Assembly (NCBI GenBank): GCA_963747695.1
Contig: CAVVFV010000012.1
Span: 98,903 to 162,902, forward strand
Direction of reading: 5' to 3'
Source of the DNA: Candidatus Falkowbacteria bacterium
Lineage (GTDB): Bacteria; Patescibacteriota; Patescibacteriia; Patescibacteriales; WJLG01
Length of the DNA: 64,000 bases
Within the stretch, counting starts at the first letter, position 1; each line of letters begins with the position of its first letter. A program made the translations under genes and the position numbers. Below are positions 1 through 9,642 of the stretch, in pieces. The notes below the pieces were generated by a model. The model was not told the origin of the DNA. It saw nothing but the letters and a program-made list of their open reading frames with translations, and did no database searches.

Positions 1-1230
1 TTTTATAATATTGTCGGGAATAGACCCTCCCCGTCTTGCGCGGCGCAAGCCACTCCTCCCGGGGAGGGGACTGTTTTAATACTCGCACCGACTTCACTTC
101 GCGGCAAATATTCGCTGGGCAAGGCCCGTCCTGGTGGTTGGTTGATAAAATTTTTAGTCGGCGGGTTGGTTTTCTTGGTGATTAGTTCTTACTGGCTGGC
201 GCCTTATTTCTTAAATCAAAATGCCTCGGTGGTAAATAGTTTTGATCAATCCAATTGGACGGCTTTCCAGACTGCCGGCGATAAGCATTTGGGGACGGCG
301 CTGAATGTCGCGGCGCTGTATGGATTTTGGGAAGAACACGAAAATTGGGCGGGCTATTTTATCTGGCCGAAGGATAATTATGTTTTTTGGTTGATCGCGA
401 CGCTGGCATTGTTTATTTTGATAATCAGCGGCATCGTTTGGGGGATAAAGAAAAAAAGAAAATTGGCTGTCGCGTTATTATTGATCGGCTTGGTCGGTTT
501 TATCTTTTCTTGCGGAGTAGGAGACACTATTTTTAAAAACCTGAATTTATTTTTATTCAATCATCTTTCTTTCTGGCGCGGTTTCCGCGACAGCGAAAAA
601 TGGACAAGTTATCTGATTTTGGTTTACGCGATTTTCGCCGGTTGGGGAGTGATTTATTTAAATGAACTTTGGGAAAAGAAAGGAAAAGCTGGAACGCAAA
701 GTATTGCGTTCCTACCGAAATATTTTGTCTGGCTGTTGATGGCGTTGGCGATTCTAGGAACCTATACCGAACTGGGCGGGTTTGCCCGGCAGTTGCAGCC
801 GGTTTGGTATCCGTCATCCTGGTATCAGGCCAAACAAATAATGGATCAGGATAAAAGTGATTACCGGATTTTATTTTTGCCCTGGCATCTGTATTTTTCC
901 CTGAATTTTAATCGACGCTTGATCACGGCCAATCCGGCTGAACAATTTTTCGGCACTAAAATAATCCAGAGCGGCAATATGGATCTGCCCGGAGCCTCTG
1001 GCGATTATATCGATCCGAAATTCGCCGCGCTGGATAAATTGATCAGCGATAATAATGCCGGTCCCGCCGCTGTTTTGGCGGCACTGCGGGCCGATAAAGT
1101 TAAGTATATAATTTATTTACCGGATGTGGCGGGCGAGGATCAATATCAGTATTATTTCATCAATCAAGCAGCAATCTTGCCAATATTAAATGAAAAAGAT
1201 TTGACATTATTTACCGTTATTGAAAAATAA
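1..1230 (+). CDS. Polytopic membrane protein, C-terminal part (5' end lies outside the window)
   Basis: Frame 1 has no stop from nt 1 up to the listed 142..1230 ORF. Several hydrophobic helices are present (LVGGLVFLVISSYWLA, FWLIATLALFILIISGIVWG, LAVALLLIGLVGFIF), followed by a soluble C-terminal region. Nt 23-71 carry the GC-rich palindromic insert, read in frame. Confidence 0.6.
   Translation, partial: FYNIVGNRPSPSCAAQATPPGEGTVLILAPTSLRGKYSLGKARPGGWLIKFLVGGLVFLVISSYWLAPYFLNQNASVVNSFDQSNWTAFQTAGDKHLGTALNVAALYGFWEEHENWAGYFIWPKDNYVFWLIATLALFILIISGIVWGIKKKRKLAVALLLIGLVGFIFSCGVGDTIFKNLNLFLFNHLSFWRGFRDSEKWTSYLILVYAIFAGWGVIYLNELWEKKGKAGTQSIAFLPKYFVWLLMALAILGTYTELGGFARQLQPVWYPSSWYQAKQIMDQDKSDYRILFLPWHLYFSLNFNRRLITANPAEQFFGTKIIQSGNMDLPGASGDYIDPKFAALDKLISDNNAGPAAVLAALRADKVKYIIYLPDVAGEDQYQYYFINQAAILPILNEKDLTLFTVIEK
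23..71 (+). repeat. GC-rich palindromic intragenic element, copy 1
   Basis: Sequence is GACCCTCCCCGTCTTGCGCGGCGCAAGCCACTCCTCCCGGGGAGGGGAC. It has an internal hairpin (CTTGCGC/GCGCAAG) and a terminal hairpin (CTCCTCC-CGG-GGAGGGG). It is translated as RPSPSCAAQATPPGEGT. Related copies are at 19916-19958 and 29263-29309. Confidence 0.6.
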
Positions 1231-1329
1231 GGTATAATAACGGTCAGAGAGGGTAGCTGTGGATAACTCTATTTAGAAAATTCGCGATTTTTTTGTTATA
1301 AATAATATATTATTAAAAAGTAAAAATCT

Positions 1330-1947
1330 ATGCTCAAAAAAGCGATCATTCTAAGCTTGGCCCTGGTCTCGGTCATTGGAATTTCCAGTGTGCTTGGTCA
1401 AGCAAAAATCAACGCTGCTGTGGCCAGTGTCGGCTATGGCGGAAGCTCCGCTCCGACCTCGGTTTCTTATTGCTCCAGCGTTGTTTACGGCGATTGGAAG
1501 CCGTGCGCCAACGGTTGGCAGTATCGCGATGTTTTAAGTCAGTCTCCCGCAAATTGCAGTTTAACCGCGGCGCAACAATCAGTCAGATCAATGGCTTGCG
1601 GCACGACTCCGGTTGGCGCGGTAACGCCGACGACTCCCGCCACTCCCGCTACGCCCCCTGCTCAAGTTACTTCGCCTGCCGTTCCGGCGACTCCTGCGCC
1701 GATGTATAAATTTACGCGCAGCTTGTCGATGGGTTTAAGCGGCGCGGACGTGATGGCTTTGCAAAAGTATCTCAACGCCAAGGGTTTCTTGATTGCTAAA
1801 TCCGGTGCCGGCTCACCGGGCAAAGAAACGACTAAATTCGGCGCCTTGACCAGACAAGCTCTGATCAATTTCCAAAAAGCCAACAAGATCTCGCCGGCCG
1901 TCGGATTCTTCGGTCCGCTCACCAGAGCATTCGTCAGCTCTCACTAG
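1330..1947 (+). CDS. Secreted protein with C-terminal peptidoglycan-binding (PG_binding_1-like) domain
   Basis: N-terminal signal peptide (MLKKAIILSLALVSVIGISSVLGQA), a Pro/Thr/Ala linker, and a C-terminal motif GLSGADVMALQKYLNAKGFL...FGALTRQALINFQKAN typical of PG-binding domain 1. Confidence 0.75.
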   Translation: MLKKAIILSLALVSVIGISSVLGQAKINAAVASVGYGGSSAPTSVSYCSSVVYGDWKPCANGWQYRDVLSQSPANCSLTAAQQSVRSMACGTTPVGAVTPTTPATPATPPAQVTSPAVPATPAPMYKFTRSLSMGLSGADVMALQKYLNAKGFLIAKSGAGSPGKETTKFGALTRQALINFQKANKISPAVGFFGPLTRAFVSSH

Positions 1948-1968
1948 GTCTATCACAAAATTCATTTC

Positions 1969-2002
1969 AAAACCGCGGTCCATCATCGGACTGCGGTTTT
2001 TT
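1969..2002 (+). terminator. Rho-independent terminator
   Basis: AAAACCGCGGTCC / GGACTGCGGTTTT stem followed by a T-run, 20 nt after the stop of 1330..1947. Confidence 0.6.
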
Positions 2003-2054
2003 ATCCCGAATATTTATCATCTTGCTGAAAAATGCTATGATTAATCGGTAATTT

Positions 2055-2552
2055 ATGAAGCCAATCACCCGAGACAAATTTCAAACAAGCAAAAATAATC
2101 TTTTTTTCGGCAGCACGGCGGCCATCATCACCAATCTGGGTCTGCTGATCGGCCTTTATTCGGCGCCCAATGCCAGATTGACGATCATCGGCAGCATGCT
2201 GGTGATCGGCATTGCCGATAATATTTCCGACACGCTGGGCATCCACGTCTATCAGGAAGCCGAAGGATTGAAGAATGCCAAAGTCTGGCTCTATTCGCTG
2301 GGCAATTATGCCGCGCGCCTGGGCATTTCTTTATTATTTGTTTTTTACGTCGCTTTCCTGCCGATGGCTCTGGCGCTGCTCTATTGCCTGGTCTCGGGAG
2401 TGATCTTAATCACTTTCATCAGCTATTCGATCGCCCGCCACAACCATACCAGCCCGACGGAAGCGATACTGGAGCATCTGGGCGTCGCGTTACTCGTCAT
2501 CATCATCAGCCGGATTTTGGGAAATTCGATAATTAATAAATTTAAATTATAA
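2055..2552 (+). CDS. Small integral membrane protein (possibly VIT1/CCC1-like)
   Basis: About four predicted TM helices; the family assignment is only a weak impression from IGIADNISDTLGIHVYQE. Confidence 0.45.
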   Translation: MKPITRDKFQTSKNNLFFGSTAAIITNLGLLIGLYSAPNARLTIIGSMLVIGIADNISDTLGIHVYQEAEGLKNAKVWLYSLGNYAARLGISLLFVFYVAFLPMALALLYCLVSGVILITFISYSIARHNHTSPTEAILEHLGVALLVIIISRILGNSIINKFKL

Positions 2553-2557
2553 TAATT

Positions 2558-3094
2558 ATGGCCGACGAAATCATTAAATACGCGCCGCTGGGAGGAAAAA
2601 CTCTTTTCGTTTTGATTTGGAAACGCAGCGCGATAATTCTTTTACCGCTAATACTTTTGATCATAATTATCGCCGCCTTGCCTTATCTACCGGCCGTTTA
2701 TGGCGGATACGCGGGCTTGGGGATTGTCGCGGTCGTCGCCATTCTCGTAATTATAGCCTTGATCGTCATCCTGGTCGGCTGGCTGCAGTATGCGCGCTAT
2801 AAGATATTTATCGATGCGGAAAGCATCAAGATCAATCGGGGAATCATCAAGGAAGAGCAGATCGGCATTCCTTTCCGGCGTATCAAGGAAGCGGCGATTG
2901 AGCGGAGCATTTTTGACCAGTTCGTCGGCATCAGCAATCTGGTTCTGACGATCTTGGGCGAGGATGAAGGGAAGGTTTTTTCCAAGGAATCAAGGATCAC
3001 CCTGCCGGCGCTGGATCAGAAGATCGCCCAGGCGATCCAGGACGTCGTGCTGAAGCGATCCGATGTCGAAGAAATGAACATTCAAGCCAAATAA
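2558..3094 (+). CDS. Membrane protein with bacterial PH (bPH_2, YdbS/YdbT-like) domain
   Basis: Two N-terminal TM helices followed by YARYKIFIDAESIKINRGIIKEEQIGIPFRRIKEAAIERSIFDQFVGISNLVL, the typical bPH_2 pattern. The gene is tightly packed behind the upstream gene. Confidence 0.7.
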   Translation: MADEIIKYAPLGGKTLFVLIWKRSAIILLPLILLIIIIAALPYLPAVYGGYAGLGIVAVVAILVIIALIVILVGWLQYARYKIFIDAESIKINRGIIKEEQIGIPFRRIKEAAIERSIFDQFVGISNLVLTILGEDEGKVFSKESRITLPALDQKIAQAIQDVVLKRSDVEEMNIQAK

Positions 3095-3169
3095 CATTAA
3101 AAAAGGCGGGAAGAATTCCAGCCTTTTTTGTTAGAAGTAAAACTATTTTTACAATAGTTTGCGGGAAGA

Positions 3170-3388
3170 TTATTGTTTTGCCTTCCTGGCATACATCGGC
3201 ATGGCGAAAAGCATATAGATGCCGGCCAATCCGACCAAGGCGTAAATGACGCGCGCCACCATCGGCATCGCGGCGAAGATTGACATCAACAGATCCCAAT
3301 TAAAGAATCCGACCAAACCCCAATTTAAAGCTCCGATAATTACCAAAATAAAAGCTATCCAATCCCAGACGTTTAATTTCATCATCAT
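3170..3388 (-). CDS. DUF378-family small membrane protein
   Basis: WDWIAFILVIIGALNWGLVGFFNWDLL matches the IGxLNWGLVG signature of DUF378; the protein is 72 aa with two TM helices. Confidence 0.75.
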   Translation of the reverse strand: MMMKLNVWDWIAFILVIIGALNWGLVGFFNWDLLMSIFAAMPMVARVIYALVGLAGIYMLFAMPMYARKAKQ

Positions 3389-3606
3389 AGATAAATAGAT
3401 TCATTTGTTAAATTATCACCCCCCTTCGACCTTTATTTAAGGCGGATCAATAAATGTACTGCTTATAGTTTAGCAAAATTCCGCTGATATTAAAACGGAC
3501 GGCCAAAATTGTCAAATTTATCCGCTAAAGTAAGCTTTGTTACCCGCTCTTAATAAAAGGGAAAAAAAGAGTTAAAATAAGATAAGTAAAGATTAAATTT
3601 AAATTT

Positions 3607-6018
3607 ATGAACAATACCGCCGGGCTAGGCTTGCCCGAAGCGAAAAAAAGATTAAGCGAATTCGGCCCCAATCAAATTTACGAACCGGAGCGGATCAGTT
3701 TTTTCGGCATCGCCCGTCATGAAGTGACTGAACCGATGATTTTGTTATTGCTGGTCGTCGGCATCATTTACAGCGTCTGGGGAAACTTAGGCGATGCGAT
3801 CACGATTTTTGCCGTGATTTTCGCTTTGGTTTTCGCGGAAGTTTATACCGAATTCCGCGCCAAGAAGGCGATCAGCGCGTTAGGCGAAATTGCGGCGCCC
3901 AAGACTAAGGTGAAGCGCGGCGGGGAGATCGTGGAAATCGATTCGACGGCGGTCGTACCCGGTGATCTGCTGGTTTTGATCACCGGTTCCAAAATTGCCG
4001 CTGACGCGAGAGTTCTGGAAACGTTAGGGATGGAGGTTGACGAATCGGCTTTAACCGGCGAATCTTTCGGGCAAGAAAAAAAGATCGGCCAAGATTTGCT
4101 GGCCGGAACCACGGTAACATCGGGCGAAGGTTTGGCGGAAGTAACCCAGACCGGAAAAAATACCCGGATCGGCCGGATTGCCGCGGCCGCGAAGGCGGTA
4201 AAACCGCCGCGCACCGCCTTGCAATTGGCGATGCGGTCGTTGGCGGGAAAATTAGTCTACGTCGCGATATTCTTCTCGATCTTGATTCCGGTGGTCGGAT
4301 ATTTCCGCGGCCAGGATTTGAAAACGATGATCTTGATCGGTCTGTCGCTCGCTTTTGCGGTCATTCCGGAAGAATTGCCGATCGTCATCACGATGGTTCT
4401 CGGTTTGGGTTCTTATACGCTTTCGCGGAATAATTTTTTGGTTAAGAAATTAAAAGCCGCGGAAACTTTGGGCAATGCGACCGTGATCGTCACTGATAAG
4501 ACCGGCACGATCACCGAGAGCCGGATGAAAATCGCTTCGCTTTTTCCTCCTGATGAGAGTTCGGCGGTAATGGCCAAGGCCCTAGCTTCACTTTCTGTTT
4601 TATCGTTGACGCCGATCGATAAGGAAATCGCCGACTACGCCCACGAGGAAAAAATAAGCCCGGCCGGAGATTTAGTCAGGCAAAGAAATTTCGACGCGGT
4701 ACGCAAGACGCGCAGCATTATCCGTCAGAATGGTTCTGCTTATCAATTGGTGATGAGCGGCGCGCCGGAGGAAATATTTTCCGCTTGCGCCAATCTTGCC
4801 CCGGCAACGCGGGAAGAATTATCGCGGGAAACCGGCAAAGGACGCCGGGTCATCGCTCTGGCTGCCAAAAATATCACCGATGTTAATGCCGATTGGAGCA
4901 ATTTGGAAAATAATTTGGATTTTGTCGGCTTGATCAGCTTTGAAGATCCGCCCCGAGCTGGCGTGAAAGAAACCATCACTCAGGCGACTCGCGCGGGGAT
5001 TCGGACGATTATGGTTACCGGCGATCATCCGCTTACCGCGGCTTTTGTGGCTGGCGAGGTGGGGATTTCTTCTGCGGATAATAGGGCGATCACTGGTGCT
5101 GAATTAGATAAGTTATCCGACCAGCAATTGGAGCAAATGGTCAAAGATCATTCTGTCTTCGCCCGGACGACGCCGGAACATAAATATCGGATCGTCCAAG
5201 CCTTGCAGCGGAACGGAGAGGTGGTGGCGGTAACCGGCGACGGCATCAATGATGTTCTGGCTTTGAAAGGCGCGGATATCGGCATTGCCATGGGCGTCCG
5301 CGGCACGGATGTGGCCAAGGAAGCAGCCGAAGTCGTCTTGGCCGATGATAATTTTGTCACGATCGCCCGGGGAATTTTTGAAGGCCGGAAATTTTTTGAT
5401 AATCTGCAGAAGGGGATCAAATATTATCTGTCAGTCAAAGCAGCTTTGATCGCGATTTTCCTTTTGCCGGCCTTGCTGGGCATCCCGCTCCCTTTTGCGC
5501 CGATCCAGATAATCATTTTGGAATTATTTATGGACCTGGCTGCTTCGAGCGGCTTCGTGGCTGAGCCGGCGGAAAAAGATATCTATACTCGGCGGCCCCG
5601 CAATCCCCAGGAAAATATGTTCGGAAACCAGGAAATCCTTGATTTATTGCTCAAAGGCGGTTTTTTGTTCGCCGCCGTGCTGGGGGTGTATTTTTACGCC
5701 TTACACCGCGAGCTGCCGGTCGTCGAGGCGCAGACCATGGCCTTTTCCGCCTGGGTCATCGGCCACGTCACTCTGGCATTCGTTTCCCGCGCCAAGCAAG
5801 AAACTTTGGCGTCGCTTGGCTTCTTCAGCAACAAGATTATTGATCTTTGGGGGATCGCGGCGGTCGGCTTCCTCTTGGTGGTGATGTATACGCCGGTTTT
5901 CGAACGCCTGCTCCATTTACAGCCGCTTAATTTCCTTGCCCTGCTTGTTATCGCGGCAGTTGTGATTATCTTCATCGGTCTGTTGGAAATTAAAAAATAT
6001 TTTGTTAATAAATCGTAG
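3607..6018 (+). CDS. P-type cation-transporting ATPase (P2, Ca2+-ATPase-like)
   Basis: TGES (ESALTGES), the phosphorylation motif DKTGTIT, MVTGDHPLTA and the hinge GDGINDVLALKGADIGIAMG; about 10 TM helices. Confidence 0.9.
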   Translation: MNNTAGLGLPEAKKRLSEFGPNQIYEPERISFFGIARHEVTEPMILLLLVVGIIYSVWGNLGDAITIFAVIFALVFAEVYTEFRAKKAISALGEIAAPKTKVKRGGEIVEIDSTAVVPGDLLVLITGSKIAADARVLETLGMEVDESALTGESFGQEKKIGQDLLAGTTVTSGEGLAEVTQTGKNTRIGRIAAAAKAVKPPRTALQLAMRSLAGKLVYVAIFFSILIPVVGYFRGQDLKTMILIGLSLAFAVIPEELPIVITMVLGLGSYTLSRNNFLVKKLKAAETLGNATVIVTDKTGTITESRMKIASLFPPDESSAVMAKALASLSVLSLTPIDKEIADYAHEEKISPAGDLVRQRNFDAVRKTRSIIRQNGSAYQLVMSGAPEEIFSACANLAPATREELSRETGKGRRVIALAAKNITDVNADWSNLENNLDFVGLISFEDPPRAGVKETITQATRAGIRTIMVTGDHPLTAAFVAGEVGISSADNRAITGAELDKLSDQQLEQMVKDHSVFARTTPEHKYRIVQALQRNGEVVAVTGDGINDVLALKGADIGIAMGVRGTDVAKEAAEVVLADDNFVTIARGIFEGRKFFDNLQKGIKYYLSVKAALIAIFLLPALLGIPLPFAPIQIIILELFMDLAASSGFVAEPAEKDIYTRRPRNPQENMFGNQEILDLLLKGGFLFAAVLGVYFYALHRELPVVEAQTMAFSAWVIGHVTLAFVSRAKQETLASLGFFSNKIIDLWGIAAVGFLLVVMYTPVFERLLHLQPLNFLALLVIAAVVIIFIGLLEIKKYFVNKS

Positions 6019-6042
6019 GAACGCAAGATTTTGTGCTCCTAC
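6015..6042. repeat. Hairpin containing the stop codon, copy 1 (imperfect)
   Basis: GTAGGAACGCAAGATTTTGTGCTCCTAC. The TAG stop of the ATPase gene lies in the 5' arm. It shares the 17-mer TCGTAGGAACGCAAGAT with the copy at 9602. Confidence 0.6.
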
Positions 6043-6057
6043 TGATATTTCAAAATT

Positions 6058-6672
6058 ATGGAATATAATGTTTTAGCGCCGGCAGATGTTATTGCTAAAA
6101 CCATGGCGGCTTTGAAGGAAAGGAATGTTTCCGCGCAGCTGGTAAATAATCGGGTCGAGGCTTTGCAAGCGGTTAAGGATTTATTGCCGGCGCAGGCGGA
6201 AATTATGACCGGCGGTTCGACGACACTGGAGCAGATCGGTTTGGTCGACATCCTCAAGACCGGCCAGCATCCTTGGCAAAGTTTCAAAGATAAGATTTTC
6301 GCCGAGAAGGATCCGGCGAAGCAGGGAAGATTACGCCGGGAAAGCTGTCTGGCGGAATATTATCTCGGTTCGGCGCAGGCAGTCAGCGAACAAGGCGAGA
6401 TTATCATCGCTTCCAATACGGGCAGCCAGCTTCCGGCTTACGCGTTTACCAGCAATAATGTCATCTGGGTCGTCAGCGCGCAAAAAATCGTTCCTAATTT
6501 GGAAGAGGGGATGAAGCGGGTTTGGAATTATTGCCTACCCTTGGAAGACAAGCGGCAGAAAAGCATCGGCGGGAAGGGCAGCGCTATCGGAAAAATTTTG
6601 ATTTTCGAACGCGAAAGTTTGCCGTTCCGCAAGATCAATCTGATTTTCGTCAATGAAGTTTTGGGATTTTAA
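6058..6672 (+). CDS. LUD-domain protein (LutC/YkgG-like)
   Basis: The length and pattern (ALKERNVSAQLVNNRVEALQAVKDLLP...IMTGGSTTLEQIGL...) resemble the lactate-utilisation LUD fold. The assignment is from memory of the family. Confidence 0.65.
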   Translation: MEYNVLAPADVIAKTMAALKERNVSAQLVNNRVEALQAVKDLLPAQAEIMTGGSTTLEQIGLVDILKTGQHPWQSFKDKIFAEKDPAKQGRLRRESCLAEYYLGSAQAVSEQGEIIIASNTGSQLPAYAFTSNNVIWVVSAQKIVPNLEEGMKRVWNYCLPLEDKRQKSIGGKGSAIGKILIFERESLPFRKINLIFVNEVLGF

Positions 6673-6673
6673 A

Positions 6674-6697
6674 AAACCTTGCTTGAGGCAAGGTTTT
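6674..6697 (+). terminator. Rho-independent terminator
   Basis: AAACCTTGC / GCAAGGTTT stem directly after the stop at 6672. Confidence 0.6.
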
Positions 6698-6717
6698 GCG
6701 TTCTGGTCGGCGAATGG

Positions 6718-7095
6718 CTAACGGGCGAATGAACAACTGCAGGGAATCCTGAAGCTGGATCTTGTTTTGGTGCACGGCTGGTGATTGAAAAGCCGCCTTA
6801 AGAGTTGGAAGGTGCCGAATTCGCTCTTCACAGTTATTCTTTTTTTCCGGCGGTAATTTTTTCCCACTACCATTCCGGTTTTGACGACGCAGATCATCGT
6901 TCCTCGTCGGACAGCCACAACTTCATAGAAGAAAGTCAGGCCGTAAATGAGGTCGGGCTTGATCAATTTTTCCGGAACGAGGTCGCCTCGGCAAAGAGCA
7001 ACGTCAACTGATAATTTTCCCGAAGGGAACGGGCGCACATCATCGTCATCGACCAATTGTCGATTTTCCGCCAAGAAAAAGGCGACTTGCGGCAT
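6718..7095 (-). CDS. Hypothetical protein (weak call)
   Basis: This is the only long ORF in the interval. The C-terminus is Cys/Arg-rich and looks non-genic, and no motif was recognised. Confidence 0.3.
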   Translation of the reverse strand: MPQVAFFLAENRQLVDDDDVRPFPSGKLSVDVALCRGDLVPEKLIKPDLIYGLTFFYEVVAVRRGTMICVVKTGMVVGKNYRRKKRITVKSEFGTFQLLRRLFNHQPCTKTRSSFRIPCSCSFAR

Positions 7096-7222
7096 AACAC
7101 CTCTTTTGAAAAGGTTGAGGACGGAAGCGATAAGAACATTCCTATCTTAATTTTATCGTATCGCCCAGGCTGATGTCAATCAATCCCGAAATACGAAATA
7201 CTAAATACCAAATACTAAATTT

Positions 7223-7786
7223 ATGCTTTTCGATCTATATCTTATTGTTTCGCTGATAATTTGCCTAGCCTTGGCAATCTTTATCATAACTTTCGGAATC
7301 CCGATCTTTACCGGCGCGCCTTTCGCCGTTTCCTCCCGGTATAAGATCAAGAAGATGATGCCGCTGCTTAAGGAAGCGGCGGCAAGCTTGCCATCCGCAG
7401 CCTTGGCGAAGGATGGGCAAAATTTGTCCGCGGTCGATTTGGGTTCAGGCGACGGACGGATTGTCATCGCTTTGGCCGAGAACGGGTTTATTGCTTCCGG
7501 TCTAGAAATCAATCCTTGCCTGGTCTGGTATTCGCGCTGGAAGATTAAATTTAAAAAGCTTAGTGATCGAGCTGTGATCAAGAGGGTTAATTATTGGCAA
7601 GAAGATTTTTCCAAATACGATGTCGTGGTTCTATTCGGAGTTTTTTATATTATGGACAAATTAGAAAAGAAATTATTAAGCGAACTGAAGCCCGGCGCGA
7701 TCGTCGTCTGCAATCACTTTTTTTTCCCGACCTGGCCGCCCGTGAAGCAGGAAGGCGATATTTATCTTTATCGCCAGGATAATTGA
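7223..7786 (+). CDS. Class I SAM-dependent methyltransferase with N-terminal TM helix
   Basis: SAM-binding motif I VDLGSGDGRIVIALAENG and a post-I acidic residue (GLEIN). The N-terminus is hydrophobic. Confidence 0.7.
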   Translation: MLFDLYLIVSLIICLALAIFIITFGIPIFTGAPFAVSSRYKIKKMMPLLKEAAASLPSAALAKDGQNLSAVDLGSGDGRIVIALAENGFIASGLEINPCLVWYSRWKIKFKKLSDRAVIKRVNYWQEDFSKYDVVVLFGVFYIMDKLEKKLLSELKPGAIVVCNHFFFPTWPPVKQEGDIYLYRQDN

Positions 7787-7840
7787 CAACGTTATTTTTT
7801 TATGGTATAAAGGCTGGAACACTTAATCAAGGAGGAAAAC

Positions 7841-8293
7841 GTGAAAGCAGCCTATTTGCAACTTAAAGTAGAAAAAAAGGAATTGGTTTCGTTTGTTACG
7901 CTTGAGCCGCAATGGGTTGAGCATATTTTGAACAAAGATTTTGATCTTGTTCTGTATGTTGACCTTTGGGAAACAGTAGAATGCAAAAACGGCAAGGCGG
8001 TTACTAATCAGCCGGCTGTCTACAAACCGATTACCTGGATCGTCCAAACAATCCCAACGCCCTATTCGTCTGGCGGTATAAGTATCGCTGCCTGGCTGCC
8101 GATTCATTTTGACAAGGGTAACGATCATCGCCAGGGGGGAAATTATTTCTGGTTTACCAATTTCAAAGAAAAGAAGGATTGTAGCCAGGAGATCAGGAAT
8201 TTTTTAGTGGACAGTGGAGTGGAAGTGATCGACGTCGATATTCGTCAGGTCAAGAACACCACCGATATCGATGCGGTTTTGGCCAAGCTCTAA
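7841..8293 (+). CDS. Hypothetical protein
   Basis: GTG start 7 nt after a strong AAGGAGGA Shine-Dalgarno site, with a clean terminator downstream. No family was recognised. Confidence 0.6.
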   Translation: MKAAYLQLKVEKKELVSFVTLEPQWVEHILNKDFDLVLYVDLWETVECKNGKAVTNQPAVYKPITWIVQTIPTPYSSGGISIAAWLPIHFDKGNDHRQGGNYFWFTNFKEKKDCSQEIRNFLVDSGVEVIDVDIRQVKNTTDIDAVLAKL

Positions 8294-8300
8294 GTCAGTC

Positions 8301-8332
8301 AACTGCGGTTATCCCAACACCGCAGTTTTTTT
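8301..8332 (+). terminator. Rho-independent terminator
   Basis: AACTGCGGT / ACCGCAGTT stem followed by TTTTTTT. Confidence 0.75.
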
Positions 8333-8366
8333 ATGATATAATCAGGTTAAGATTAAAAGATGAATT

Positions 8367-9605
8367 ATGCGGTATGATGTGGCGGTAATTGGCGGGGGGC
8401 CGGCCGGAATGATGGCGGCCGGCAAAGCGGGCGAATCGGGCGCGCGCGTGATTTTATTGGAAAAAAATAAACGCCTAGGCACGAAATTGCTGATCACTGG
8501 CAAGGGTCGCTGCAATATTACCAACCAGACCGGGTCAGAGCGGGAAATGATCGAAGCTTTTGGCAAGCAAGGAAAATTTCTTTATCCGGGTTTAAAAAAA
8601 TTCGGCGTGGCCGAGGTAATGGATTTTTTCAATTCGCGGGGCGTGCCTGTCAAAGTCGAGCGCGGCAATCGGGTTTTTCCCGAAAGCGACAGCTCACGCG
8701 ATGTCTTGGACGCGCTGCTGGCTTATCTCGACCAAACTGGCGTGGAAGTGAAATTGAATTCGGCCGTGAAGGAAATAATCGTTACCAATAAAAAAATCGA
8801 GAAAATTATTTTATTCGGCGGACGGGAAATTTTTGCCGATAAATATATCTTGACCACCGGCGGCAAGTCATATCCAGCTACCGGTTCGACCGGCGACGGT
8901 TATGCTTGGCTGGAAAAAATGGGTCACACGGTCAACGAATTATCTCCGGCGCTGGTGCCGGTGATCGTTGCCGAAAAAATTGTTAAAGAATTGGAAGGTT
9001 TGAGTCTGAAAAATATCGAGATCAGTCTTTTCGCCAAAAATAAAAAGATCGATTCGCGTTTCGGCGAGGCGATATTTACCGCCGATGGCATGAGCGGTCC
9101 GATCATAATCGATTTGAGCCAGACAATCGGGCAGTATTTAGCCCAGGAGCCGAGGCTGACCATCGATTTTAAGCCGGCGTTGGATTATCCTCAGCTTGAT
9201 CAGCGCTTGCAGAATGATTTTGCCGCCATGCCTAACAGGAGATATAAGAATTATTTGGAGGAATTGCTCCCGCAAAAAATGATTTCGGTGATGATTGCAC
9301 TAAGCGCAATCGATCCGGAAAAGAAAACTAATTCGATCAGCCGCGAAGAGCGCAAGAAATTATTGCATCTTTTGAAAGAATTTTCACTGACGGTTGCCGG
9401 GCTGGAAGGTTTTGATCAGGCGATCATCACTTCCGGCGGCGTTAATCTGCCCGAAGTCGACCCGCGGACGATGCGCTCCAAGATCATCGATAATTTATTT
9501 TTAGCCGGAGAAATTTTGGATTTGCACGGTCCCACCGGCGGTTTCAATCTGCAAGCTTGCTGGAGCACCGGCTTTGCGGCAGGTGTTGGCGTAATTAATT
9601 CGTAG
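8367..9605 (+). CDS. HI0933/BaiN-like FAD-dependent flavoprotein
   Basis: N-terminal YDVAVIGGGPAGMMAA dinucleotide-binding motif, then GTKLLITGKGRCNITN and a C-terminal GEILDLHGPTGGFNLQ, typical of the HI0933-like family. Confidence 0.85.
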   Translation: MRYDVAVIGGGPAGMMAAGKAGESGARVILLEKNKRLGTKLLITGKGRCNITNQTGSEREMIEAFGKQGKFLYPGLKKFGVAEVMDFFNSRGVPVKVERGNRVFPESDSSRDVLDALLAYLDQTGVEVKLNSAVKEIIVTNKKIEKIILFGGREIFADKYILTTGGKSYPATGSTGDGYAWLEKMGHTVNELSPALVPVIVAEKIVKELEGLSLKNIEISLFAKNKKIDSRFGEAIFTADGMSGPIIIDLSQTIGQYLAQEPRLTIDFKPALDYPQLDQRLQNDFAAMPNRRYKNYLEELLPQKMISVMIALSAIDPEKKTNSISREERKKLLHLLKEFSLTVAGLEGFDQAIITSGGVNLPEVDPRTMRSKIIDNLFLAGEILDLHGPTGGFNLQACWSTGFAAGVGVINS

Positions 9606-9629
9606 GAACGCAAGATCTTGCGTTCCTAC
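9602..9629. repeat. Hairpin containing the stop codon, copy 2 (perfect 13-bp stem)
   Basis: GTAGGAACGCAAG-AT-CTTGCGTTCCTAC. The TAG stop of 8367..9605 lies inside the 5' arm. Confidence 0.7.
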
Positions 9630-9642
9630 GGTTATCAAATTT

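Noticed and set aside
1258-1266. A perfect DnaA box (TGTGGATAA, that is TTATCCACA on the other strand) in the 1231-1329 intergenic region
   Set aside because: It is a single isolated box with no cluster, no AT-rich unwinding element pattern and no dnaA or dnaN nearby. That is not enough to call an origin.
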